This document shows positions 38,799 through 51,977 of a stretch of DNA of 64,000 bases, one piece after another; positions within the stretch are counted from its first letter, which is position 1, and the number at the start of each line of letters is the position of its first letter. Position numbers and translations under genes: made by a program. The DNA is from Kudoa neothunni (Eukaryota > Animalia > Cnidaria): the NCBI GenBank assembly GCA_964304625.1, contig OZ199838.1, positions 3,312,440-3,376,439 of the forward strand. The letters are read 5' to 3'. Below the pieces are notes generated by a model. That model saw nothing but the letters and a program-made list of their open reading frames with translations, was not told the DNA's origin and did no database searches.

Positions 38799-41700
38799 TG
38801 TAGCAATTATAATAACCTTGTTATTAGTTATCATTCGGGACGGCTTTTTATTATTATAATCGGAAGGTTTCTTGCAGCATATTACATTGGTGCCGAACAT
38901 TTATAATGAAATTCAATTTCGAATTTGACTTTGCAAAATCGATCGCTAATCAATTCAAAACCTTAGAACTGATGGCAGTGGCCAATCAGTGGAGTGATGA
39001 ACAGATATATGCCTTCACTGCCTTGGCTATTCCTTTTGAGGAGCGACCTTCCCTCCTACCAAATGAGGCAGAGGCAGCGGAATTCGGGAAGTTGGCAGTG
39101 TTACACCAGAAGATTATCCGTTTTTCTCAAAATAAATAAAACCCTGTGGATTCATGGAACAATTTTCTCAGCTGCTCTATAAAACCTGGCGAAAATATAA
39201 ATCTATATGCCAATCGACTCCTTGGATATATGCGAGTAGCAAGACCGAATAAGACTAGTGACGATATTAATTTCCTCCTAAGACCTAAAATGATTGATTG
39301 TGTTCAAAACGAAACCTTTCGACTTACTCTCAAAGCTGATACAAATTTAACCCTTAACGATGTTATTAATAAAGTGGAAATGTATTCTAAGCTGATCACA
39401 AACAATGATACAGTCAACATGGTTATCAACGAAGAAGAGGAACAATTAAATATCGCAGCGATCTACCCCCATAGAAATGATGTGAAAAAACATCAAAAAC
39501 ACAGCTACAATCAAAATGGATGCATGCGCTGTGGAACTTTTAACCATCAAACAATTGTTTGCAAGGGGGGTTCTATATGCCGAAACTGTGGTCAAAAAGG
39601 ACACCTGAGCAGAATATGTAGAAATCGACTGGGAAACGTGCGAGGGGGAGTTCGCCAGCTTGGGGGACTTCCCCGAAACCATTAAATACCGAATTTATCG
39701 CATTCACCACCGAACGTGATATCTCACCTACTCATCCTTGGACAACAAATATATCATTTCCTAATGTCTCAGAATGCTTCGACGCTATCATAGACACCGG
39801 ATCCGCCTATACAATAGTAAATTCTTCGATTGTACCGCCAAATTGCCCATGCAAACCTACGCCTATGCATCTATACACCACTTTGGGAACCACAATCAAA
39901 ATTAGTTCATTAGTTCCCATAAATGTCCATTGGAGAGGCAGGAAACTATCTATAAATGCATTAGTTACCAAAACTCTTATATACGATGCTATAATTGGCC
40001 GTGATTTCCTAAAATGCGTTGATTCGAATGGTATTTTTACTGAAATTGCTGATGCATCTGTTTCAAACGTCAACCTTACAAACCCAAGACACAATGGTAA
40101 ATACCAAAAGATTGTTAATGATATCTTCAAAGAATTCGAAAGCGTATTTGCGAATGATATAAATGATCTACAAATTGCTAAAACAGTATATCATTCAATT
40201 GATACTGACGAAGCAAAACCTGTAGTTACAAAATCGTAGAGACTACCTCTGCATTACAAACACGAAGTTTCAAAACAAATAGAGGCTGCTCTGCTGAATA
40301 ATATAATTAGACCCTCAAGTAGTCCGTGGTGTTCTCCAGTGTTTATGGTTCCCAAAAAGGATGGCAACATTAGAACGTGTGTTGACTATCGGAAACTTAA
40401 CAGCATAACCCGCAGAGATGAATATCCTCTTCCTAGATTAGAAGATACGCTAGATATTATGGCCGGATCTACTGTGTTTACCACGCTCGATCTTCAATGC
40501 GGCTACTGGCAAATACCCTTGAAAGAAGAAGATACTCCTAAAATGGCATTTTCTCCGGGAAATGGTCATGGTCTCTATGAGTTTGTGAAAATGCCATTTG
40601 GATTGTCTAATGCATCTGCTACACTCCAACTTGGAATGGATAAGCTCTTTGAAAATATTCCAAACGCAATGTCCTACCTAGATGATATTATTATATTTTC
40701 AAAAAATGAAGTAGAACATACCAAACACGTCAAAAATGTACTCAGTGTTTTGGAACGAGAAAATTTACGCATCAAATTTTCTAAGAGTGTTTTCTATCAG
40801 GAATAATTAAAGTATTTGGGCTTCATTATCTCCAAAAATGGGATAAGATGCGATCCGAGCAAGATAGAGGCAATAGTGAACTGGAAAACTCCTACGAATA
40901 GAGATGAATTGAAAAGTTTCCTTGGAACTGTCAACTTTTGCACAAACACTTAGAGAATCTTGTAGACGTTACCGCCCAATTAACTCAACTGCTTGAAGGT
41001 TCATCAAAATTCCAGTGGGATGATAAATGCCATAATCACTTTTTACGAACCAAGAAGCTAGTTCAAGATTCGCCCATGTTACATTTTCCTGATTTAATTA
41101 TTGATTTCTGTATCGAGACCGACGCATCAAATACTGCGAGTGGAGCGATTTTGTTTCAAGAAACCAAAAATAATGTGATAGCCTACACTAGTCGAAAATT
41201 TACAATATTCACCGATCATAACCCCTTGGTATATTTAAAAACAATAAAGGATCCTCGAGGTCGCAGAGCGCGTTGGATGTTAGAGGAATACGACTTTGAA
41301 GTTAAGTATATTCCTGGATCTAAAAACCATTATGCAGACTCTCTTTCGAGGAGTTGCGCGACGATAATGCCAAACATCAATTCTGATGAGCTCAACGAGG
41401 AACAATCAAAGGATCCAACTATTTCAACAGTGAAAATAGTCATGGAAGAATCTGATCCAATAAATTTGAATACTATTACCGCTTTGGAGCTTTAGCAAAG
41501 GAAATCTAAACTTGAAATTATCAATGGAATATTATTTCATAAATCTAGAAGTGGGAAATTACCTGTAATCCCAAAATCACTACAGCATCGCATGCTAGAA
41601 TGTATCCATGGTGAATCAGCTCATTCCGGTGTCAACAAGATATTAACAGATTGAGAAAAACATGCTATTGGACGAAAATGGATACTGATTGTGTGAAATA

Positions 41701-42835
41701 TGTTTCACAATGCGAAACATGTAGGAGAGTTAAAGGCGAAAAAACCAAACCGAAAGCACCGCTGGCTCCTATACCTGTTAACTCCCGAGCTTTTATGTGA
41801 CACGCTGACTTTATTGGTCCTCTGGAAAGCACTAAGAGAGGGAACCTATACATATTATTGTTTGTGGACCAATTTAGCAAATGGGTCGAAGCTTGTCCTC
41901 TGCATGTTATTGACGCAAAGTCAACAGCCGACGCATTGATTTCCCTGATTATTTCAAGACATGGTGATCCTCATCGTATCCACACTGACCAAGGTTGTCA
42001 GTTCGAATCTCGTCTCTTCAACGACGTCTGCACCTCACTTGGAATCAACCATAGTCATTCCACCGTTTACCATCCGGAAGGGAATGGTATGGCCGAAAGG
42101 CAGGTTAGAAATTTGAAAACAAAACTTAAGGCGTTAGTTCATGAAGAGAAAAAAGATTGGGACGAGCTTCTTGATTATGCCCTATTCGCCATCAGGATCA
42201 CTACACTACGTCGGCAACTACAAATTATACACTTGCAGCCTTATTATATGGAAGGGAGCTCCGGTCTCCCAGCCAAAATATTTTAGAACCGAATCAATCT
42301 ACAAACTCTAACTATCATATATACTCCGATGATATTAAAAGACGGTTAAAATCTTATACGAAAACAGCTTCCGAGAACATAAAAATATCCCAACAAAAGC
42401 AATCCCATTATTACAATAGAAACTGCACCAAAAGGTTTCATAACATAGGAGAGTTGGTTTTAGTGAAAAACCGAAAGCCAACAGCACTTTCACCTAAATA
42501 TGAAGGCCCCTATCAAATAATTGAAAGGCGCGAATATGTCTACTCCCTCCAGAAACATGATGGAAAAAATCTCAAAGTACATTTTAATGACATTATTAGA
42601 ACATCAAAATCTTTCAACGCCGCACATACTGATAAACTATGAATTCCGCCTGAAACTGAACTCAACAAAACAAACCCAAATTCTCCTAATACCTGGCACA
42701 TGATGATGCTCCTTATAGTACCTATGCTATAAAATGAAGGGGAGGAACGTAGCAATCATAATAACCTTGTTATTAGTTATCATTCGGGACGGCTTTTTAT
42801 TATTATAATCTGAAGGTTTCTTGCAGCATATTACA
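38799..42835 (+). mobile_element. Decayed full-length Ty3/gypsy LTR retrotransposon with 88-bp LTRs
   Basis: LTRs 38799-38886 and 42748-42835 differ at 3 positions; TSD ATCAC (38794-38798, 42836-42840); PBS TGGTGCCGAA at 38888 (tRNA-Phe type); PPT GAAGGGGAGGAA. Gag with 2 CCHC, IDTGS, YLDD, TDAS, HTDQG, GPY. Premature stops at 39137, 40237, 40804 plus frameshifts. Confidence 0.96.
39631..39674 (+). promoter_or_regulatory. -1 programmed ribosomal frameshift signal (gag to pol)
   Basis: G_GGA_AAC heptamer in the gag frame, 6-nt spacer, 10-bp stem GGGGGAGTTC/GGACTTCCCC. The -1 frame is open through the protease AIIDTGS. Confidence 0.88.
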
Positions 42836-43262
42836 ATCACAAACATTATTTTAATAAAAAATAAAATATAGAGAATCATAAATTGCAACTCATGACGAAC
42901 CAAGCCGACCATTGCAAAGGCTGGTCACTTATCTCTCCTAATACTATTAATGAGTAATGAATCTTTTCCTTGAAAGTATTCGCTGATTTTTTAAATTGCG
43001 TGTTCAAATATATGTTTATTTTGTTTTTAATTTTTTAAACTACACATTCACATGTAACCTCGTATATTTGCGCTCTATTCCAACATGAATATTAGTGTTA
43101 ATCCTTTAACAGCACACAGAAATATGGCCAACTCGTTTACCAAACGTTATTGGTTGGCAGCCATGACAATGATACCCAATCTAAAGTAAATACTTTTGAA
43201 ATGCTTAGATTATTTATTTGTCGTCATAGATCGTATCTCGAGCAGCGACTACAGGTATAGGA

Positions 43263-44291
43263 ATGTCGGGTTTTAAGGGTTTCCTAAACAAGACGGTTAA
43301 TGATGCCAAAACCCACGTTTAATCGTGCACAGCAGGTATGTGTTAACTAACCAATCACATATTTAACTGCTCAATCATACATGTGTATATCAAATGAATG
43401 ACTTTGTAGAAAACAAGTGAAGTACTAGGTATGGCTGATAAAACCGAATACGATCCTCAATTCGAGCAATTGTTTCGACGTACTGAGCTTCACAAATTAT
43501 GGTTGCAAAAATCGTTTTCTGCCGTCTACGAAATTCAAGTTCCAAATCCAGGTATTTTTAAGACACGTTCTGGAGACGTTATTTTGACTGACTCTTATTT
43601 AAATATATGATTTTAGCTCATAGAACTATGAATTTCTTTGCGGAAGCTTTTGATGTGCAAAAATCCAAAGATACATTATACGCCAACGTTTGCTTCTGTG
43701 TTTACTCAAGCTGCGACAGATATTGGAGATGAAACTAGTTTTGGATTTGCTTTGCAACAATGTTGGCGAATTGTTCAAAAATGCCAACACATTCGGAATG
43801 CAATTCATCGAAGATACAAACAATTGCTTTATCATTCCCATTACCAACTTTATTAGGGAAAGAAATTGATCCAGCACTTGTACAATAAATATTTGGTTTT
43901 TGATTTCGATTGATTTTCATGGCTGATGTAGCGCTGTAAAAAGAACCTCGACCTAATAAGACTCGATCTGGATGGGGCAAAAAATAGACTCAACAAATGT
44001 CATCACGATAGAGCTGCCGAATTGATTACAATCTGTTCAACAACTGTCTTCCGATTACGAGAGTCAGCTCAACAAAACTCGTTCAATGTTTGAACAGATC
44101 AATCCGAAAAGGTTTTGTCTGTTAAACTGTGTGATATTTTTATTCGATGTTTGATCTAGTCGTCCCACATTCGATATTTGCACGATCTAATTGATGAAAC
44201 CATCAAATATCACACCCAAATGTTGACTTCTCTTCAAACTCTTCAAGAATCTTTAAAAAGTGGTCCTGAAGGAGGCTACCAAGTGAATTAA
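43263..44291 (+). CDS. Endophilin-B-like N-BAR protein, multi-exon, with at least five frame breaks (assembly errors or pseudogene); no SH3 seen
   Basis: FNRAQQ|KTSEVLGMADKTEYDPQFEQL...QVPNP, AATDIGDETSFGFALQQCGE, FIIPITNFI, RLDLDGAKNRL and HIRYLHDLIDE align with recalled endophilin B (SH3GLB) BAR motifs. Confidence 0.75.
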
Positions 44292-44696
44292 ACAATCAAT
44301 AGCTAGTGAATTTTCTAGCCCAGCAACCAATCAATCGAATTGGTTAGTTTCCTATCTACTTCACACATATGCCCAATCATTTATTATTTGTTATTTGATA
44401 TGTTCTTTTTGCGCCGCTTTATTCATCAAAAATGCGATGTGCCTAAGATTTATTACAATAATTTATTTATTTCTGTCCAGTTGTTTAAAGTATTGTTAGG
44501 TGAATTAGTTGTTAATTCATTTTACCCCCCCCCCCCCGAGCCGATCATCTTGGGGTTGTTTAAACAGTTATTTTCTCCATCATAGCTTACTTTGATTTCT
44601 GGATATCCTATCTATTCCTTTATTATAATCGATTGTTTTTGAAAGGCACTATTAACTTTTCTTTAAACAGAAAGGAATAGGTTATTCTCAAATATT

Positions 44697-45450
44697 TACA
44701 CCTGGCGCCATTGGTTGGGGTCGAATAAGACCCCCAATTTTTTATCATTCAAATTATATAATAATTTATTTTATAATAGTTTATTTGGAGTTTTGTTAAT
44801 TTGCGTGTGCAAACATTGACGAACTTGTGACAAATTTGAGTTGTGAATTGTTATGCCCTAGCTAAGATCGATACATTGAAAACTCTTCCATCTGATTATA
44901 ACGATTTTGGCGCTGTATTAACATACCTTCTTACTCACAAAAATAATAACATATGGGACAAGATCCCTTCTAGAAAAACAAAGACATTTTAAATCTGAAT
45001 CCTTGTGTAACTGACTAAATTCGTTAACAATAAAAACCTTTTAAGATAAACTTCTTCATTGATCAACTGTTATCTACTATTATCCACATGAGCAATAAAT
45101 TTGGTTGTTATTGCTATGATTCTTCTTATGATGATGATGTCGATTTGAATGATTATCGTGCACATCATAGCATACCGATATACATGCCAATTTTCAAACA
45201 AAGACTGAATCTCTACAAAGATTTTGGATGCTTGGCTTGATAGGGGCTGTTGAAGTTTTTAGAGAAGTTATACTACTAAAGGAATATACATAAATCAAAC
45301 GCTCACTTAACTTAGGCGATTTGGGTGAAATAGTCGAAAGGAGAAAAAAAAATTGTGTCTTGTGGCACATGTAGTATAGTTTGCTGACCGATATGCTAAC
45401 AGCACTAGATAGTAGAATTGATTTATTAATTATTTTCTGAAACTATATTA
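44697..45450 (+). mobile_element. Decayed piggyBac remnant
   Basis: Palindrome TTGGGGTCGAATAAGACCCCCAA like the sub-terminal motif of the 53557 element; fragments IWDKIPSRKT, IYMP, FWML. Ends approximate. Confidence 0.4.
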
Positions 45451-45843
45451 TATTTTTAAATATTTTTTTAGTAAATAAGCGCTGATTGAGATTAATCAAA
45501 AATTCTGAATTTGATTGATTCTAGGGATTCGATGAATCTCAAATTCAACCTTAAATAAACTCGTAACAAAATTTATTTGAAATACCTATATTTTAGGTTC
45601 TAATTTATAATATGAGAAATCTTTTTTTCCATATTTAAAAAATAATTTTTCATCGTCTCTATTGACATATTGGTAGATATTTTGACAAACACAGACTTTA
45701 AAAAGGTAAAATGTAGTGAAACTTATTGATTTTGTATCAATTATCGATAATTTGAATATTAAAATTCACACTTGGCGTTCAATGGTATGTCGTCAACATT
45801 CGGTAACTCTGACAAACTTACCTTGGTTTTATAAAGAAGGGGA

Positions 45844-46288
45844 ATGGTAGAAGCCGAACCCTCATTTACGAGAGGAATGGAGATTTTTAAGCAGCGCTGT
45901 AAATGCTGCCATAACATAACAAAAGTAATTTTCCCCTCATTACCAACTGTTAATTTATAAAAAGGAGCAAGATGCAATAAAAAAAGGTTATGGACCTAAT
46001 TTGGGATACATTCTTAGTGATAATCAAATGTCACAAATTCTAACTAAAGTCAACTATAAATTAAGACGATATTACTGCAACCTGACCGGCAATCCTATGA
46101 ATAAAACAAATCCTTATTTCGCATTGGACGAGCAGAAACTAAAAGAGCTGTTTCTCCATCCTGAAAAATACGTGATTGAAAAATATGCAATGCTTCATAG
46201 GATCACCCATCCAGAAGATAGAGAATGTATTTTTCGTGATTGGGTTTATGAGTGTTATCATTACTATAGTGTTGGTGAATTATATTAA
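45844..46288 (+). CDS. Highly divergent cytochrome c-like protein (134 aa, 2 exons)
   Basis: Exon 45844-45924, 40-bp GT-AG intron, exon 45965-46288 give RGMEIFKQRCKCCHNITK|EQDAIKKGYGPNLGYIL...LDEQKLKELFLHPEKYVIEKYAMLHRITHPEDRECIF. This matches the class I cytochrome c pattern G..IF...CxxCH...GPNL...E..L..L..P.KY....M...I....R.. Confidence 0.85.
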
Positions 46289-46656
46289 AACAATGAATGA
46301 AAGAAATGCTCAGAACAGTTCCAATAGTAAAAACACCAATTAACAATCAGATTAGTGCTATATTATGGAATTTTATTCCGAATAAGAAGTCGCAGTTCTC
46401 ACTGAGTAAACGTTACAAACGATTTGCATTTCTGTAGAACCTAAATTCAATTTAACTTTTATAAAAGTAAATATTGGCAAAAAACAAACCTTTAATTCAA
46501 ATCAGTCTTAAAATCTCATACCGTAAGAAGAGGATGGGTTTAATACAGATCGTCTTGATTTATTACCGGGTCGTTTAGGAACAATAGCGAGTTCGCTGCA
46601 AACTTCATCTATTTTTGATAGGTTACGCTTCTAATCCTCCCTAAGATATTTTAAAG

Positions 46657-48453
46657 CAATGGGAAGAAACTTTTAGAATCCTCAGGCCTAATCTATACCT
46701 TCGAAACTAATAATGGGCCGGAAAAGTTGAAACTAAAGTTACATGTCTCATTATTGAGACAATTACGAATTTAGAAACGTAAAAGAAATTCTGGACAACA
46801 ATTCATAAATAATAAGTTTATTATTTGTTTTACATGGAGTAGAGATTGTGCACACTAAAGCATTAATTATACGTTTGTATGATGGGTCCTGTTGCCAATC
46901 GTGGCCAAATTTAGAAATGTCGTTTCAATATGAAAGTCGGCAAGCACAAAACTGCTCCCAAATTATCATTTGTTAATTGCTTACGTATATCACTTTTATT
47001 AAATTTCCTCAGAAAAATAGCTTGTTTACAACAATGCGTGTGCTGCCATATATGCCTGACTCGTATGAGTAAGTGCATTTTCTTGATAGAAAGCACGCAT
47101 TTTATCAGATGATTGGAGTTTAATGAGCTCAAGCAGATAGTCTGTTGGCAACTCAGTCACTGAAACACCTAATGGATCAGCGTAAAGTTTTATTGACAAA
47201 TTTGATTTATCAAAGTCTTCAGATCATGAATTGAAGTAGCAAATCAAAATATCGATTTTTTCGATATAATTTTTAATGCCAATATCTTTATTCTTCAATA
47301 TGTGGCTCGAAAATGTATGAAAGTGTTCAAAGAACTTTATTTTTTTAATGGCCGGATATAATTTGAGAGACGATACCTCAGCTGATTTTTTGTTGTAATG
47401 CTAAATTTGAATCATTGAAATGTTGAGTTATATTAACAAAATAAGCTAAATTGGCTAACAAAGTTGGTTCAGTCATGAAAGCGGCTTCTTTATCTTTATT
47501 ATCTATGTTTAGGAATTGAATGACTTTTTCAAAAATATTATTTGTAATGGTTCTACGTTTCAAGGAGCCCATGCCAATGGGCTTCTTAGTCAACTCGTAC
47601 GACTTTGAAACACCACGAACCAAAACAATTAACCGTTCAGTTTAGTTATTGTCAGTTTAATCATCTAAGGACAAAGAGAAGTAAGCAAAATCTTTCTCTT
47701 TTTTATCTAGCTGTCTTTTTACACCTAATGAAATAGATGAAGTTCTTCGCCGAACCATCATACGATTCAGAGTCACCATTTGAAGCTTAGAACCAACTTC
47801 TAAGCAGAAAAAATCATGTATTTCTTAACAAAATAGCCATCCCTGAACGGTCTCACCGATTTCGCTAATAAAAGCGATATATTTATTATAGCTGATCCCA
47901 CATACTGTTCTAAGATACATTGACTCCTTTATAAATGTGGTTTATTGTCGAATAAGGGACTCCCCCAACAATTTAATTCCATCGTATTGTTTCTCACACA
48001 ATAAATTTTGAATTTTTTTAAATCCTCTCATAAGATCTTTTGCTATTTTCATCATCAACATTTTTTGAACATCAGTCATTTTAGCTTTACAATAAATTTA
48101 AATAACAATTAAATATAAGATATAACTTAAATGAGAAAAGTGATTATGTAAGTACACATGAAATTTTTCTACATCAAATAATGAAGTGGTCGATAGAAAC
48201 AAATCTTCTTGTATATTAGGTTTTTTGGACTTTTTATTCATAAAGGTTCGTATTTAGCAATAAAATTGCTTAAATTGTATTGAATAGCCCTAATAACTGT
48301 TCTCGATGTATTCAATATCCAGATAAATCATTAAAAGCTTAATAATAAAATATTTTTCCATCTTATTTGAAGGTACACCATCAACTTGAACTTAATGGAA
48401 AGTTATCGACGGCCAAAAAAAGGTCATTGAAGCCTGGAGTTTGTGTAACCCAG
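46657..48453 (-). mobile_element. Old decayed hAT (Buster-like) element
   Basis: Minus-strand fragments LANLAYFVNITQHFNDSNLALQ and FSLSLDD; eroded TIR-like ends CAATGGGAAGAAACT and CTGGGTTACACAAACT; TSD not preserved. Confidence 0.6.
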
Positions 48454-50787
48454 GAATAAACTATGGATACAGCTCATTAATGAAATTGCTTAGTATCGTT
48501 TTTCTTATGAAACGTTATTTAAATAATTTTTAAATTCTGTAATTAAAATTTTGAATTGGTCGAGGAACATCCCAAATTATCAGTCTTACTACTAATTAGC
48601 CGTAATCTAGCCCACCTGAGTGTATTATTTTAGAAGGATTTAGAATGAATTGCCAATAAATATTAATTTCTATTTTACAATAAGTTATTAATAAGCTAAA
48701 CGTGAAACAGCATAATTGAGCTTAAAACTAGAACAATTTTAACTTTTCCTGCCCATAAAGTCGAGGCCAAATTACATGAATATTAATTATATAAAGGAAA
48801 TTTAATGAAACAAATATAAATAAAAGAAAACACTAATTCTGGTTGCATATAAATAAAAAAGAAAATTTTACACTGTAGTATATAAATGTCGACATATCTA
48901 TTAACTGAGAATATGGAGACTTACTTAAAGGAAAGACAGTACATAATTATGGCAGTTTTATAATTGCATTGGTATATACGCTACATTGTATATGTCGTAC
49001 GGTGATAGGTGGTACTTTTATCCGGAAATATGATTACATAGTTTCTTCCTGTTTACGGACAATCGAACATTTATCGACACGTATGTCCATAATATCCAAA
49101 TAACATTTAAACGCTTAGTTCCCATTAGTTATTGTTGTGTAATTGGTATTGGTTTTTGCTATTTGTGCAATGTCTAGTTTTGGTGATTTTAATGTTAATG
49201 TTAAAGGAGTTGAACGAAATTAAACGTTTTTCTATTATTATATTAATACAAATTATTCTGGGTTAATTAATCAAATAACAATAATTGAACTAATAGTCAA
49301 TTCAGAAAACAGAAATATTTTTATAATTATAAATTTTATCTACATGTACAAATTTCTTAGTATTTAGGTTTCATTACAGGATTACATGTTTTTATTTAAA
49401 TCTGAGTAGATTCGTTGAGTTTAAACTATAATGATAACACATAAATGTACGCTTTTACTATTAGATTGTTTTAGGGTTGAATTAGCTTTATTTTATTACA
49501 CACAAAAAAAGATAATAATAAAAATACAGAATTAATTTCTTCATTAGAGCAGGGTTTTAATTGTTGATTAAATTAAGAAATATTTTTAAGTGTAATATTT
49601 TTCATCATAAATAATGTGTAGATTGATACCATTATAATATGGGAAATAACTTTTTAAAAAATCCAAAGGTAGATATTTTCTAATATTAATTACATATCTT
49701 TTAAATTTAATTATTGAAAACCGCTAAAAAAATTTATAAACTAAAACATCATTATTGATTATTGAAAATAATGTTTAATTGTAAAAAGTTTAAAATTTTA
49801 ATAGTGTAATTTAAAATTTCGTTTAAATACTGTAAATATGCCTATAATTAATTATAAATGATAAGTATGAAAAAGTGAATAATATATTGGAATAAATTGC
49901 ATTTTTTGAATTTAATTATAATGTATTTTGCTTCCCAGTTAAAAACAAATATTTTTAAACCCGTTTTTTATAAAAATATTTATTACGTTTTTCAACTGTA
50001 ATAATATTTAATTGTATCATTGTTAAAAAATTTAAATGAATATAAATATAACCGATTATATCAAATGAAATCATAAATTTCAAAATTAAATTAAACGTAA
50101 AATAACAACTTTATTCCAAACAGGCGCACACCCATGTATGTTGTCATGGTTCTTACGTGTATCTTTCGCATTTTCTTACCCAACCAAACCTTGGAAATTC
50201 AAATCTGGTTATAATTTAATTCCAAAAATTATATTTAAAAGAAAAATTTCTCGAAAATTAAATCAAAAGGTACACAAAGACGATCAGGTTTGCCTTTAAT
50301 TCTCAACTTTTAAAGTTTTAATAAACTTAACAAAATGTTTATATCATTATTAATCAACTAGGTCATGGAAAACATGTGAAATTATAGAATCTGTTTTTTA
50401 TTCTTATAAGAACAATCCATCTATTTGAAATGAAAATTCTCAATATGATGAAAATAACCACATCACATATATTATATATATATATTAAATGCGGAGAAAC
50501 TGAATAATACTATCCCAGAAATACGCTGACACATAACTAGAGACCCAAATGGATTGAATGATTCCTACCAAATGATGGATAGGATATCTAAAATAGTAAA
50601 ATATACATAGAAATGTACTTTAATAATAATTTTTCCAAAAAATAATTGAGTTTTATATCTCGTGTGCAATAATCGTTGTTGACTGTAAATGCATAAAAAG
50701 AACCAATTTCAAAATGAGGTAAAGTGGGTGGAAAACAATGAAACAGTTTAACGTCATATTTATACCAAAAAAATAGGTCTCAATCTT

Positions 50788-51977
50788 TTATCGTTGAGTT
50801 CGAGCAAAAATTAGGTCGGGGAAAACGTGCCTCAATAGAACACCAAGTCTAATGATAAGACTTGGCGAGACAATGAGCTCACTTGTAGATTTTGTGTCTA
50901 GGATACATCCAAAAATACAATCAGCCACATAGTCGATTGACATGCCATTTTTGGTATTTTCATCCATCACTAAAGAAATGAATTCAATTGGAGGAGACCA
51001 ACAAAAATTCGTTGGAACCATTGTATTTTTGTCCTGTCGAGGTGATAGCATTGAGGGAAAGGTTGGTGGCCACATATGATGGATGTACAGTGATAACACG
51101 TACATCTCCATAGGTTGACTTAATTTCAGCGCGAAGCGAATCGAAATAACCAAGCAGTGCAAATTTGCTGGATGCATCTAGTAGAAAAATCGAATTGAAA
51201 AACACACCCAAATTAAACTACATGCTGATCTTTCATAGGTTCCAATAATCGATTGAATACTTCCAACAGCAACAATGATACCTCCGTTTTTCTCAATCAA
51301 ATTGTTCTTTAGGAATTCTACAATCGATTCAATCAAAAACAGAAGCCTCACACACCAATGAAATCTAGTATGTGTATGTACTCATGGTGAAAGAAATAGT
51401 TCCGAAATAGTTGACTTCCATAACATCACGATAGACGTTCATAGGAGAATCAATCACAAGTTGACGCGAACTCATTCCGGCATTATTGATCAGTATGTCA
51501 ACCTTTTTGACGCGAGATTTTATCTCTTGGAAGGCATTTTCAATAGATCCCTCATCTCGGAGGTCCATTTGGATGCAATAAATTGTTTTAAGCTACAACA
51601 ACAACAACAATCGGCGACAATCAAATAAATACACTTCCTGTAGTTATCATTATATAATATTACTCGACTGTAAATGAAACTATTGGAAATAACTTCCTCC
51701 TTGGTTTTCTCTAGCACATCCAATGAACGTGCACATATAAACAACGTAACTTGGAAGTCTTTTAGATAACTCACCAACCCTAACCAAAATTATCATTAGA
51801 ATATGTGCTGAAGTGGAATTGTATAGAGACAACCGACGACAAATAGCTACCTTTTCCAATACCGGAACTGGCGCCAGTTATAACCACTACTTTGCCATCC
51901 AGTTCAACTTGTTTGGCTGTACACTTCTTGTACAGTATATACGCGGCTAACAGTAGGAAAACAATAGAAATAATCAT
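50788..51977 (-). CDS. DHRS7B: Short-chain dehydrogenase/reductase, DHRS7B-like, multi-exon
   Basis: N-terminal TM anchor, GKVVVITGASSGIG, DILINNAG, VMEVNYFG, spliced Y-ASSK catalytic motif, FDSLRAE, and YVATNLSLNAIT typical of DHRS7B. Confidence 0.85.

Noticed and set aside
43263-44291. Euplotes-style +1 programmed frameshifting in the endophilin gene
   Set aside because: The breaks lack a shared AAA-stop motif and the other host genes I spliced need no frameshifts.
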